Positions 19,330 to 30,590 are shown, numbered from the stretch's first letter. The stretch: DNA of 44,401 nucleotides from Thermodesulfobacteriota bacterium (GCA_051744925.1 JBNJDM010000004.1:1-44401); one strand, 5' to 3'. The notes: a model not told the origin generated them from the sequence alone. A program made the numbers and translations.

Positions 19330-20217
19330 ATGGCTACACTAAAAGAGCTCAAACTTAAAATCACCGGGGTTAAAAAGACAAAGCAGATTACAAAAGCCAT
19401 GAATATGGTTGCTGCTTCAAGACTCAGGGGAAGCCAGAGAAAAATAGATGCTTTCAGGCCTTATGCAGAAAAATATGCTGAGGTTTTGCTAAGTCTTGCA
19501 CAAAAAGCTACAGATATATCATCAAAGCTTTTGGAACCCCGTGAAGAAATAGAATCTGTGCATATAATAATTTGCACTTCAGACAGGGGGCTTTGCGGTG
19601 CTTTTAACGAGTCATTGCTTGATAAGGCAGAAGAACTTATTGATCAGAATCAGGATAAGAATGTAATTATAACTGCTTTTGGTAAAAAAGGGCGTGACTG
19701 GGCAAGGAAGAAAAAAATTAATATTCATTCAGAGCATCTGAATGTTGTGGGTACTAATTTCGGTTTTGAAGTAGCCGAAAGAGCTGGGAATGATCTTATA
19801 TGGCAGTTTTTAACAGGCGAGGCTGATGAAGTTTATATGGTCTCTTCTGAGTTTGCAAGTATGAGCAAGCAGATTCCTGTTATAAATAAAATACTTCCTG
19901 TAGCAGTACCTGAGATGTCTGAAGAAGATGTAAGTTCAGGCTCTGAGGAATATCAGGCTGAACATATATGTGAACCATCTGCTGAAGCAGTTCTTCAGGA
20001 GATGCTTCCAAGAAGTGTTCAGATACAGATCTTCAGAGGACTGCTGGAAACATCAGCAAGCGAACATGCTGCAAGAATGGTTGCTATGGATAATGCAACA
20101 AAAGCATGTAATGATATGATCACTGATCTTAATAAAGTATATAATAAAACAAGACAGGCTGCCGTTACTGCAGACTTAATGGACATTGTCGGCGGCGCAG
20201 AAGCATTAAAAGGCTAA
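19330..20217 (+). CDS. atpG: ATP synthase F1 subunit gamma
   Basis: ITKAMNMVAAS, SDRGLCGAFN, SEHAARMVAMDNA. Confidence 0.98.
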   Translation: MATLKELKLKITGVKKTKQITKAMNMVAASRLRGSQRKIDAFRPYAEKYAEVLLSLAQKATDISSKLLEPREEIESVHIIICTSDRGLCGAFNESLLDKAEELIDQNQDKNVIITAFGKKGRDWARKKKINIHSEHLNVVGTNFGFEVAERAGNDLIWQFLTGEADEVYMVSSEFASMSKQIPVINKILPVAVPEMSEEDVSSGSEEYQAEHICEPSAEAVLQEMLPRSVQIQIFRGLLETSASEHAARMVAMDNATKACNDMITDLNKVYNKTRQAAVTADLMDIVGGAEALKG

Positions 20218-21669
<1,452 letters not shown>

Positions 21670-21680
21670 AGGGGGGCATT

Positions 21681-22094
21681 ATGGCTGAAAAACTCAGTCT
21701 TGAAGTAGTAACCCCTGAAAAGATAGTTCTCTCCGAGGAGGATGCGGAAATGGTTGTATCTCCCGGCGAGCTTGGGGATTTCGGTGTTCTAAAGGGGCAT
21801 ACGCCTTTTTTGACATCACTTAGATTAGGTGCTTTAAGGTTTGTAGATAAAAAAGGCAGGGAGGAAACTGTTTTTATTAAAGGCGGTTTTGCCGAAGCTC
21901 TTCCAGGTAAAGTAACTATTCTTGCTGATGCTGCTGAGCTCAAGGAAAATATTGATGAAGCAAGGGCCAGAGAAGCCAAAGAAAGAGCTGAATTAAGGCT
22001 GAACGGAGATATGCCTGATGAAAAGACAGATTATGAAAGAGCCAGGCAAGCTCATATAAGAGCTGAGACCCGATTAAAGATTTCGCTTTTATAA
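21681..22094 (+). CDS. atpC: ATP synthase F1 subunit epsilon
   Basis: EVVTPE, GDFGVLKGHTP, GGFAE and a C-terminal helical hairpin. Confidence 0.97.
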   Translation: MAEKLSLEVVTPEKIVLSEEDAEMVVSPGELGDFGVLKGHTPFLTSLRLGALRFVDKKGREETVFIKGGFAEALPGKVTILADAAELKENIDEARAREAKERAELRLNGDMPDEKTDYERARQAHIRAETRLKISLL

Positions 22095-22109
22095 ATATTA
22101 TATAGACTT

Positions 22110-22141
22110 AAAAAAGCCGCCTTTAAAAAGGCGGCTTTTTT
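22110..22141. terminator. bidirectional intrinsic terminator
   Basis: AAAAAAGCCGCCTT / AAGGCGGCTTTTTT inverted repeat between convergent atpC and the PAS gene. Confidence 0.88.
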
Positions 22142-22155
22142 AGTTTTTGAATACA

Positions 22156-22256
22156 TTTTTTGGTTAAAGTATAACCGTCCGCAAGGAAAAATTTTTTTAT
22201 ACATTGAAGTATATAATGAATTTTACCTGAACGTAAAACTGTTAATTTTTTCCAAA
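22156..22256. repeat. possible decayed remnant of the MITE-like family
   Basis: CTGAACGTAAAACTG (22227-22241) resembles CTGAACGAAAACTG (8066) and CTGAACGTAAACTG (reverse complement of 10487-10500); small TATAC-N6-GTATA palindrome. Confidence 0.35.
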
Positions 22257-22257
22257 G

Positions 22258-24831
22258 TCAGGTGTGTTGATCAGTGCATGGCAGAGCAATCAATATAATG
22301 CCCGGAAGTGAATTTTTACTGTTTTCATCTGTCAGTGACATAAAAAAAATTGCTTCAAAAGCAGATTTATCCGCCTGGATTACCCCTTTAAAACTTCCTG
22401 ATTTTTCAATTTTTGCTAAAAGATTTCTCCAAAGACTGTAAAGCCTTTTTCTGGTCTCAAGATCAAGAAGACTATCAATATTTTTTCCTTTAAAATCTGC
22501 AAGTCTTAAGCTTGTGAGATCTTTTCCTTTTTTATTTGTTTTAATAATTTTCCCGGACAGAGAGCACATGAAAAACAGAAGAGGGGCATTGTGAAAAAAA
22601 TTTAAATGCTGACCAAGAAGTGTTCTTGATTTATGAAGTGTTTTTAAAGTAACGCCAAGTCTGGCTTTATTTTTTCTTAAATCTTGTTCATATTTTTCTC
22701 TGTATTGAATTTTGTCTTCTTCAAACTTGTCTTCTGCTTGTCTCAATTTTTCTTCTGCTTTTTTTTCGCCTGTTATATCTACAGCAATTCCGCCTATAAG
22801 AGATTCTCCATATTGTGAATATACGGGGAATTTTATTTTTTTGAAAATATTTGAACTTCCACAGATTTCAGGAAAAGATTCTATTGTTTCAATTTTATTC
22901 TCACGAAGTACCTTTAGATCTTCCATGGTAAATTTTGAAATAAGATAATCGGGAAAAGGTTTATTATTACTGCTCTTTTTAGATGAAATGTTAATAAAAT
23001 CTTTCATATAATTATTTTTATAGATGTATTCACCTTTGGAGTTTTTAAGAAATACGGCCCCAGGGAAATTTTCGAAAATTGATGAATACATTTTTTCAGT
23101 ATTTTTTAATTTGTTTTTAAGGTCTGTAAGCTCAGTTTGATTTGTTGCAGACCATAGACAGCCGGTAAGTTTACTTTCTTTGTTTGATAAGTTTGTTTTT
23201 TGAATTTTGTATATCTTTTTTTTGCTGTTATTTTGTTTTTCTATAATAGCTTCATCATTATTCTTAAGGTCTGAGGCTATAAGTTTTACAAGAAAATTCA
23301 GTTTATCAGGAAGTTCTTCAGCAGTTTTTCCAATCAAGTTTACATCGGGGTATCCGCTAAAAATATTTGTGTAGAATGATTTGTTTGCATATACAAATCT
23401 GTTGTTTTTATCAGTCACCCAAACTGGGTCAATAAAATTATCAAGTATATCAGTGTCTGTATTAAAATTATGGTTATCTTTCAATATTTCATTTTTAGAA
23501 TCCATTTTAATTGATTCTTTAATATTTATCTGAATAAGGCCTGCCTCGGTTTCGGAGGTGTCTATAAAAAACATATCAGCAAAAACTGGAATCCAGGTAT
23601 CTTTAGAGGTTCTGATCTTTATTTTGGTATCGCTAACAGATTTTTTTGTAAAAAAAATATTTTTAAGTGTTTTTCGAAAGCTGTTTTTTTCAGAGTACAC
23701 AAAAGCTGTTACCGGAATGTTGTTGGTTTCGGCTGAAGAATAACCGATAAGGTTTTCAAAACCTGTTGATGTAAAAATCATTTTACTGGTGTTATCAATG
23801 ATACATGTAGGTTCTGCATTGCTTTGGTTAAGTATAGATTTATCAAAAGCAGGTATTTTTGTGGTTGAAATAATTTTGTTTATGATTTGTCCAATAAGTC
23901 TTGCTGAAACTTTTAAACCGTCTTTTTCATCCTGTGACCAGATTCTTGGTTTCTCACAGTCTGCAACCGCGAGTGTTCCGTAAAATCTGTCCCTGGAAAA
24001 AACAGGTATAAGTATAAAAGATTTTATAAGATGATCCTTTAGTAAAAGCTCGTCAGGTTCACTAAGATCGTTTACTTTTTTTTGGTAAGCATCTCCGTTG
24101 GATAAAATTTTAAAAACCTTGTCAGTATATCTGTATTTTTTAAGGGCAGAATCGGGTTTGATAGGGAACAGGTTTGGTGAAAACCATTCATATTTAAGAT
24201 TCATAAGATTTGAGCCGTAATCATTAATTGTATTTTCAAATATCAGGATGCGGTTTGATCTTGTTGAAATACCGAGGTGGCGTAGTATTTCATAAAGCAT
24301 TGTTTCACTGATATTACCGGCAGACTGAATAATATTTTCTGATGCAAATATTATGGACTGTAAAATAGCATCTTTATGGATATTTTGGGTTGTTTGATCG
24401 TTTTTGTTAGGACTAATGTTAATAGATGAAAAAATAAACAAAAAACCTGTATTTATAGAATTTGTATAAGTTTTGTTGATATTTAACTTTGAATTGATAA
24501 ATTTATTTTGTGATTTTATGCAAATTTGATGATCTGCAGATGAAAGATTTGGATCCTCTGTTATATCTTTAAAATTTATTAAAGTACCAGATGGTTTATC
24601 TTTTGTAAGAAAGTTTGCAAGAGGCTTACCAATAGCCTGATCCCTTTCGGTTTCTACTACAGTTAAAAATTCAGGAGAAATATCTGTTATTGTGCCTTTT
24701 AAATCAGTAGAACAAGTACAGGCCATTGGCATTGCTGAAACAGAATCTGCTGCAGCAAAATTTTTAAGCAGATTTTTAATATATTTATCTTTTAAAAAAG
24801 GGTTTTTGTTCGGGCTTATTTTTGAATTCAT
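22258..24831 (-). CDS. soluble multi-PAS/GAF sensory protein with no recognisable output domain
   Basis: Several PAS-like segments (DPVWVTDKNNRFVYAN, PGAVFLKNSKGEYIYKN...GIAVDIT), a GAF domain (SFILIPVFSRDRFYGTLAVADCEKPRIWS) and a coiled coil. No H-box, HATPase, GGDEF, EAL, HD-GYP or HTH motif seen. Confidence 0.8.
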   Translation of the reverse strand: MNSKISPNKNPFLKDKYIKNLLKNFAAADSVSAMPMACTCSTDLKGTITDISPEFLTVVETERDQAIGKPLANFLTKDKPSGTLINFKDITEDPNLSSADHQICIKSQNKFINSKLNINKTYTNSINTGFLFIFSSINISPNKNDQTTQNIHKDAILQSIIFASENIIQSAGNISETMLYEILRHLGISTRSNRILIFENTINDYGSNLMNLKYEWFSPNLFPIKPDSALKKYRYTDKVFKILSNGDAYQKKVNDLSEPDELLLKDHLIKSFILIPVFSRDRFYGTLAVADCEKPRIWSQDEKDGLKVSARLIGQIINKIISTTKIPAFDKSILNQSNAEPTCIIDNTSKMIFTSTGFENLIGYSSAETNNIPVTAFVYSEKNSFRKTLKNIFFTKKSVSDTKIKIRTSKDTWIPVFADMFFIDTSETEAGLIQINIKESIKMDSKNEILKDNHNFNTDTDILDNFIDPVWVTDKNNRFVYANKSFYTNIFSGYPDVNLIGKTAEELPDKLNFLVKLIASDLKNNDEAIIEKQNNSKKKIYKIQKTNLSNKESKLTGCLWSATNQTELTDLKNKLKNTEKMYSSIFENFPGAVFLKNSKGEYIYKNNYMKDFINISSKKSSNNKPFPDYLISKFTMEDLKVLRENKIETIESFPEICGSSNIFKKIKFPVYSQYGESLIGGIAVDITGEKKAEEKLRQAEDKFEEDKIQYREKYEQDLRKNKARLGVTLKTLHKSRTLLGQHLNFFHNAPLLFFMCSLSGKIIKTNKKGKDLTSLRLADFKGKNIDSLLDLETRKRLYSLWRNLLAKIEKSGSFKGVIQADKSAFEAIFFMSLTDENSKNSLPGIILIALPCTDQHT

Positions 24832-24904
24832 TTTAGGTTTCTTTTGTATGATTGAATTTTGAATTAATTAAAGAGATTATAATAAATCATTCAATCAGTA
24901 AACA

Positions 24905-24954
24905 AAAGTAAAAATATAAATGCCCTGAAAAGAAATTACAGAGCATTTATATTT
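24905..24954 (-). terminator. intrinsic terminator after ftsZ
   Basis: Minus strand AAATATAAATGCTCTG...CAGGGCATTTATATTT (16-bp stem, one G-U pair) followed by a U-rich tail. Confidence 0.65.
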
Positions 24955-24965
24955 CAAAAGGAAAT

Positions 24966-26243
24966 TTAGTCAGCTTTTTTTCTTAAAAAAGTAGGGAGTT
25001 CAAGCCCGGACTTTTTCTTTTTTCTGAAATAAGCCGGTGTGTCAAGAGACTGGGAAAGTCTGTTTGAATTTGAATCGCTTTCGATTTCATCCTGACCTTC
25101 AACTCTGCTTATGCTTTGAATCTGAGGATCTTTTTTTGAAGCTGAATAATTGATTATATTATCTGACTCAGAAATATGTGAATTGTCAGAAATATCTGTG
25201 GCTGTAGCTGGTCTTATTCTTCCTCTTGTCGGAGTGTTTGATGATTTTGAAGAATATGAGTCTGTTTTATAGTAATTAGGACTTGTTTCAGTTTCAATTC
25301 CTGTTGCTATAACTGTAATCTGTATTTCATCTTCAAGGCTGTCATCTATTGCCTGACCCCAGATAAGGTTAACATCATCTCCTGCTTCACTGTATATTTT
25401 ATCCATTGCATCATTTAATTCATTCATGGAAAGGTTTTCAGAAGATGTTATATTAACAAGTATGCCTTTTGCGCCTCTGATGGAAATATCGTTTAAAAGC
25501 GGATGTGATATAGCACTGTCTGCCGATTCAACAGCTCTTGTTTCACCGGTTGAAGTACCGATTCCCATGAGAGCAACTCCTGCTTCTGACATTATGGTTT
25601 TTACATCAGCAAAGTCGAGGTTAACAAGTCCGGGCTTAAATATAAGATCAGAGATTCCTTTGACAGAGTGGTGTAAAATTTCATCTGCTTTTTTAAACAT
25701 ATCAACAACAGTAGTGTTTTTAAGCGCAATAGTAGAAAGTCTGTTGTTTGGTATAGTAATTACTGTATCAACAATATCCCTTAATTCTTCAAGGCCTTGT
25801 TCTGCCTGTTCCAGTCTTCTTTTCCCTTCAAAGGAAAAAGGCTTTGTAACAACAGCAACTGTAAGTATGTTCATTTCTTTGCATACTTTTGCAACTACCG
25901 GAGCTGCTCCTGTTCCTGTTCCGCCTCCCAGCCCTGCTGTAATAAACACCATGTGAGCGTCTTTAAGGGCCTCTTTAATTTCTTCAATGTTTTCCTGGGC
26001 AGCCTGCTTGCCTTTTTGAGGATCTGCTCCCGCACCAAGTCCGAGTGTGGTAGTAGTACCAAGCTGGATTTTTACATTCGCCTTTGAATTTTCAAGATCC
26101 TGAGCATCTGTGTTGGCTACAATAAACTTTACACCTTCCAGTTCAGAATTAATCATATTGTTTACTGCGTTGCCGCCGGCGCCGCCTACACCTATTATTT
26201 TGAGTCTGGCAGTGTTCTCATTTTCTACATATGAAAAACTCAT
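24966..26243 (-). CDS. ftsZ: cell division protein FtsZ
   Basis: GVGGAGGNAVN, tubulin signature GGGTGTG, T7 loop NLDFAD. Confidence 0.99.
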   Translation of the reverse strand: MSFSYVENENTARLKIIGVGGAGGNAVNNMINSELEGVKFIVANTDAQDLENSKANVKIQLGTTTTLGLGAGADPQKGKQAAQENIEEIKEALKDAHMVFITAGLGGGTGTGAAPVVAKVCKEMNILTVAVVTKPFSFEGKRRLEQAEQGLEELRDIVDTVITIPNNRLSTIALKNTTVVDMFKKADEILHHSVKGISDLIFKPGLVNLDFADVKTIMSEAGVALMGIGTSTGETRAVESADSAISHPLLNDISIRGAKGILVNITSSENLSMNELNDAMDKIYSEAGDDVNLIWGQAIDDSLEDEIQITVIATGIETETSPNYYKTDSYSSKSSNTPTRGRIRPATATDISDNSHISESDNIINYSASKKDPQIQSISRVEGQDEIESDSNSNRLSQSLDTPAYFRKKKKSGLELPTFLRKKAD

Positions 26244-26279
26244 GTTTGCCTCCTTTTATTATAAAGCCGTTTTGTTTTT

Positions 26280-27509
26280 TTATTTGAACCAGTCAATTAT
26301 TTGCTGGAAAATTTTGCTGAAATTGTTTTTGTTTTTTCTTGTATTTCCGAATTCAAAAACATCCTTTGCTCCAAATCTTACAAGACCAACTGCGGTTGAG
26401 TAGTCCGGTCTGTTAACTGCATCGCTCAGTCCACTTACATTTGATGGGAAACCGATTCTTACCGGAGTGTTGAATATAGATTCTGCAAGGTCAACAATAC
26501 CCGGCATATTTGCTGTCCCTCCTGTTAATACAATTCCTGAAGGGATTTCATATTCCATACCTGATCTGTAAATTTCATCATTGAGCATAGTAAGAATTTC
26601 TTCTGTTCGTTTTTCTAAAATTTCGCATAAAATCTGGCGGTGGGTTTCATTGTCGCCTTTTTTACCCATTGAAGGTATTGTGATTATTTCTTCAGGATCT
26701 ATATTATCTGAAATGCATTCACCTTTATTCAGTTTCAGCATTTCAGCGTCATGTACAGGAGTGTTCATAACAGCTGCAACATCTTTTGTAAGAATCTGTC
26801 CTGCAATCGGAAGAACATAAGTATATTTAATATTTCCACCGGAAAAAATCGACATATCAGAAGAATTGCCGCCGATATCTATAAGAGCAACTCCGTGTTC
26901 CTTTTCTTCTTCTGTAAGAACTGTTGCTGATGATGCAAGAGACTCAAGAACTATTTTTTTAATTTCAAGGCCGGCTATATCGACACATTTAACAATATTT
27001 TGAATAAAGGTTCCCGGCCCGGATACTATATGAATTTTAACTTCCAGAGTTCCTCCGGCCATGCCTTCTGGATTCTGGATACCGTGCTGGTCATTTACAA
27101 TAAATTCCTGTGGCAGAACATGGATTATTTCAGATTTTTTCAGATGTGCTTTTGACGAGATCTGGGCTGTAGCCTGCTCAATAACTCTGTCTATGTCATG
27201 TTTTGTTATTTCAGATGAGTTTGTAATAATTACTCCTGAACCGGAATATCCTTTAATATGCTGGCCTGAAATCCCGGTATAAACTTCTGAAATTTCACAT
27301 GCAGCCATTATTTCAGCAGCATCAACAGCCCTTTGGATTGCTGTAACTGTAGAGGTAATATCAACAATTGCACCTTTTTTAATCCCGGTTGAATTTTCTT
27401 CTCCGACACCGATGATTTGAATTTCATTGTTTATCAACTCTCCTACAACAGCTCTTACTTTTGTTGTACCTATGTCTAAACCTACTATTATCTCGCCTTT
27501 TTGTGCCAT
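26280..27509 (-). CDS. ftsA: cell division protein FtsA
   Basis: VGLDIGTTKV, EKEHGVALIDIGG, GIVLTGG, C-terminal amphipathic helix FSKIFQQIIDWFK. Confidence 0.96.
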   Translation of the reverse strand: MAQKGEIIVGLDIGTTKVRAVVGELINNEIQIIGVGEENSTGIKKGAIVDITSTVTAIQRAVDAAEIMAACEISEVYTGISGQHIKGYSGSGVIITNSSEITKHDIDRVIEQATAQISSKAHLKKSEIIHVLPQEFIVNDQHGIQNPEGMAGGTLEVKIHIVSGPGTFIQNIVKCVDIAGLEIKKIVLESLASSATVLTEEEKEHGVALIDIGGNSSDMSIFSGGNIKYTYVLPIAGQILTKDVAAVMNTPVHDAEMLKLNKGECISDNIDPEEIITIPSMGKKGDNETHRQILCEILEKRTEEILTMLNDEIYRSGMEYEIPSGIVLTGGTANMPGIVDLAESIFNTPVRIGFPSNVSGLSDAVNRPDYSTAVGLVRFGAKDVFEFGNTRKNKNNFSKIFQQIIDWFK

Positions 27510-27522
27510 TGTTCCTCCTTTT

Positions 27523-28308
27523 TCAGCCTCTTGCAGGAAAGGGTGTTATTACTACCCGTTTTTTTCTGGATAAATCTAGCTGATCAATTTTCTTATCAGG
27601 AAATTTTCTTTTAAAATAAATATTTATTAATCTGAGATTATGAAATTTATCTTCAAAATCATTAAAACCAAGAATCATTTTTTTACATAAATTAGTATTT
27701 AAAACTTTTACTCCTATATCTTTGTCCATGACTATTTTGCTTGAGCCGGTAAATAGGCCGGTATTATAAATATCTTTTTCAGTTTTTATAAGGCTCATTG
27801 CAGTATTAAGTTCTTTGCTCTGATTATTAACGTCAAAAATATTCAATCCGTGTATTTCGGGAATATTTGTATTTAAATCTTTTTTATCCGCTTTTTTGAA
27901 AATTCTTCCTTCATTATTGAGAAGGTAAGTTCTGTTTAATTTTATTTTTGCAGCCGGAGTATGCTCTTTAATATTAATTTTTATTTTATCAGGGAACTCT
28001 CTTTTTATAGAACAGTCATCAATCCAGTCAGAATGGACAAGTCTTTTTCTGATGAGCTTGAGATTCATTCTGATAATACTTTCATTTTCACTTATATCAG
28101 CAGTATGAAGGACTGTACTTCTGTTAAGCCTTTTATTTCCTTTGACAATTACTTTTTCAGCAAAAAAAGTATTACTTTGTATTATCATATCATGGGCAAA
28201 AATCAGTCCTGTACCGAGAAAAAAAATAAAACCTGTGTGGAAAAGAAAATATACTATTTTTTTCCATCTTGGTATCATGTTTGTATTTTTTTTCTTAGCG
28301 CCCGACAA
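27523..28308 (-). CDS. ftsQ: cell division protein FtsQ/DivIB
   Basis: Single TM segment, POTRA-like VIVKGNKRL...WIDDCSIKREFPDKIKINIKEH; lies before ftsA. Confidence 0.88.
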   Translation of the reverse strand: MSGAKKKNTNMIPRWKKIVYFLFHTGFIFFLGTGLIFAHDMIIQSNTFFAEKVIVKGNKRLNRSTVLHTADISENESIIRMNLKLIRKRLVHSDWIDDCSIKREFPDKIKINIKEHTPAAKIKLNRTYLLNNEGRIFKKADKKDLNTNIPEIHGLNIFDVNNQSKELNTAMSLIKTEKDIYNTGLFTGSSKIVMDKDIGVKVLNTNLCKKMILGFNDFEDKFHNLRLINIYFKRKFPDKKIDQLDLSRKKRVVITPFPARG

Positions 28309-29218
28309 TTTTAACCTCCGGTTTAAGATCTATGTTAAATCTTTGTTTTACTTTCTTTTGTACAAGTTCCTTTAGTTTTAATATGTCTTGTGTAGTTGCA
28401 TTGTTTTTATTTGTAATAAAGTTTGCATGAACTTTGGAAATTTCTGCTCCGCCTATTGATTTACCTTTTAAACCTGCTTTTTCTATAAGCATTCCCGCAG
28501 GTATTTCAGAAGACGGGTTTTTGAAAAAAGATCCGCATGAAGCCAGCTTTAGAGGTTGTTTTTCTTTTCTTTTTTTTATTAATTCTTTTGCTTCTTTATA
28601 TGTTTTATTTTTATCTGTTTTATCAAGCTCAAGCAAAACATCAATAATTATATAATTTTCGATTCTTTGATTCTTAAAGTCTAGTTTCCTGTACCCTGGT
28701 ATAAGATCATGATCTTTAATTTTTAAAAGATTTCCACTTTCATCAACTGCTGTTATTTCTTTAATAACTGAAGATATGTTTCCCTTGTCTGTACCAGCAT
28801 TCATAAATACTGCACCACCTACCAGACCGGGAATTCCTGTAAGGCAATTAAGTCCCAGATAACCTCTTGCAGCGGCATACCAGCATAGCCTGGGGAGCTT
28901 GACTCCTGACTGAACTCTTAAAAGTACTGAATGCTCATTTTCATTTTCTGTTAAAAAAGATGAAAAATATTTTCCGGGATTTATGACATATTTTATCCCT
29001 GTATCTTTAACTAATGTATTGGTTCCGCCTCCGATAACATTGAAATCAGAGTTTTCTGACTTAATCTTTTTCAGAAGATTGATCAGTGACTCAAGGTTTT
29101 CAGGTTCTGCAAAAAAGTCTGCTTTTCCTCCTGTTCTAAAACCTGTTTTTGGGCCCAGATCAACATCTTTTGAGATATTAACCTTAAAGGTCTGATTGTT
29201 TAACTCAGTTGTGAGCAT
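28295..29218 (-). CDS. murB: UDP-N-acetylenolpyruvoylglucosamine reductase
   Basis: IGGGTNTLV, GIPGLVGGAVFMNAG, CGSFFKNP, HANFITN. Confidence 0.96.
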   Translation of the reverse strand: MLTTELNNQTFKVNISKDVDLGPKTGFRTGGKADFFAEPENLESLINLLKKIKSENSDFNVIGGGTNTLVKDTGIKYVINPGKYFSSFLTENENEHSVLLRVQSGVKLPRLCWYAAARGYLGLNCLTGIPGLVGGAVFMNAGTDKGNISSVIKEITAVDESGNLLKIKDHDLIPGYRKLDFKNQRIENYIIIDVLLELDKTDKNKTYKEAKELIKKRKEKQPLKLASCGSFFKNPSSEIPAGMLIEKAGLKGKSIGGAEISKVHANFITNKNNATTQDILKLKELVQKKVKQRFNIDLKPEVKIVGR

Positions 29219-30587
29219 TTATAATATCCTCAACAAATTTTTCACCAAGTTTGTAAACATTTCCTGCACCCAGAGTAAGAATTACACTGTCCTGATTAAG
29301 TTTTGTTTTCAGACAGTCAAGAACGTCCTGATCTGTCATGCAGCAGTAAACATTTTTGTGACCATGTTCTTTTACACCTTCACAGAGAGATTTGTTTGAG
29401 ATACCAGGGATCTCTTTTTCACCTGCGGGATAAACAGGAACAATTATGAGCTTGTCGCTTTCATAAAATGATCTTGAAAAATCTTCAAAAAGAGATTTTG
29501 TTCTTGAATATCTGTGAGGCTGAAAAACTACAGTTATGTTTTTTTCAGGATAAGCCTCTCTCAGAGTTTTCAGGGTTGTCTGGATTTCAGTAGGGTGATG
29601 TCCGTAATCATCCATGACAACTAGATTATTGAGCTTGCCTTTTATTTCCATTCTTCTTTGAACACCTGATATTTTTTTCAGTGCAGATTCGATTGTTTTA
29701 AAAGGTATTCCAAGTTCACATCCCAGAGCTATCGAGGCAAGAGCATTGGAAACATTATGCAGACCAGGAAGATTAAGAGTAATTTGACCTATAATTTTAT
29801 TGGAATACTCTACGCTGAAACTGCTTGTAAGATTTGAAAAACTTATGTTTTTTGCTCTGTAATCAGCCTGTTTCTGGAATCCGTATGTTACAAACCTTTT
29901 TTTAATATCAGGAATAATATCCTGAATATATTCATTATCAAGGCAGATGATGCTTAAGCCGTAAAAAGGTATTTTATTTATAAAATCGAGAAAATCTTTT
30001 TTTATCTCTTCAATCGATCCGTAATAATCAAGGTGTTCTTTATCAATATTTGTTACAATTGCAACTGATGGAGTCATTTTAAGAAATGATCCGTCTGATT
30101 CATCTGCTTCTGCAACTAAAAATGAGCCTGCTCCAAGCCTTGCATTTGTTCCTATTCTTTTGAGTTTACCGCCAATAATTATAGTAGGGTCAATATTTCC
30201 TTCTATAAGAACTTCTGAAACAAGGGATGTAGTGGTGGTTTTGCCGTGCGCTCCTGCAACAGCTACGCCGTACTTCAGCCTCATAAGCTCTGCAAGCATT
30301 TCAGCCCGCGGAATTACCGGAATATTGAGATCTTTAGCTGATTTTATTTCAATATTGTCTGAATTTACAGCAGAAGATACAACTATAACATCAGCATTTT
30401 CAATATTTAATTTATTATGTCCCATATAAATTTTTCCGCCGAGCTTTGCAAGACGTCTGGTGTTTTCATTCTCCTTAAGATCGGAACCAGATACTTTATA
30501 TCCCTGGGTAAGAAGTATCTCTGCAATACTGCTCATCCCTATTCCGCCTATTCCGACAAGATGTATATGGTATGATTTATCAAACAT
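29205..30587 (-). CDS. murC: UDP-N-acetylmuramate--L-alanine ligase
   Basis: GIGGIGMS, GAHGKTTT, EADESDGSF, DDYGHHPTE, FQPHRYSRT. Confidence 0.98.
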   Translation of the reverse strand: MFDKSYHIHLVGIGGIGMSSIAEILLTQGYKVSGSDLKENENTRRLAKLGGKIYMGHNKLNIENADVIVVSSAVNSDNIEIKSAKDLNIPVIPRAEMLAELMRLKYGVAVAGAHGKTTTTSLVSEVLIEGNIDPTIIIGGKLKRIGTNARLGAGSFLVAEADESDGSFLKMTPSVAIVTNIDKEHLDYYGSIEEIKKDFLDFINKIPFYGLSIICLDNEYIQDIIPDIKKRFVTYGFQKQADYRAKNISFSNLTSSFSVEYSNKIIGQITLNLPGLHNVSNALASIALGCELGIPFKTIESALKKISGVQRRMEIKGKLNNLVVMDDYGHHPTEIQTTLKTLREAYPEKNITVVFQPHRYSRTKSLFEDFSRSFYESDKLIIVPVYPAGEKEIPGISNKSLCEGVKEHGHKNVYCCMTDQDVLDCLKTKLNQDSVILTLGAGNVYKLGEKFVEDIINAHN

Positions 30588-30590
30588 AAA

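Noticed and set aside
22123-22260. TGA read-through extending the PAS protein
   Set aside because: The frame stays open for ~44 codons but encodes no output motif and runs into the terminator.
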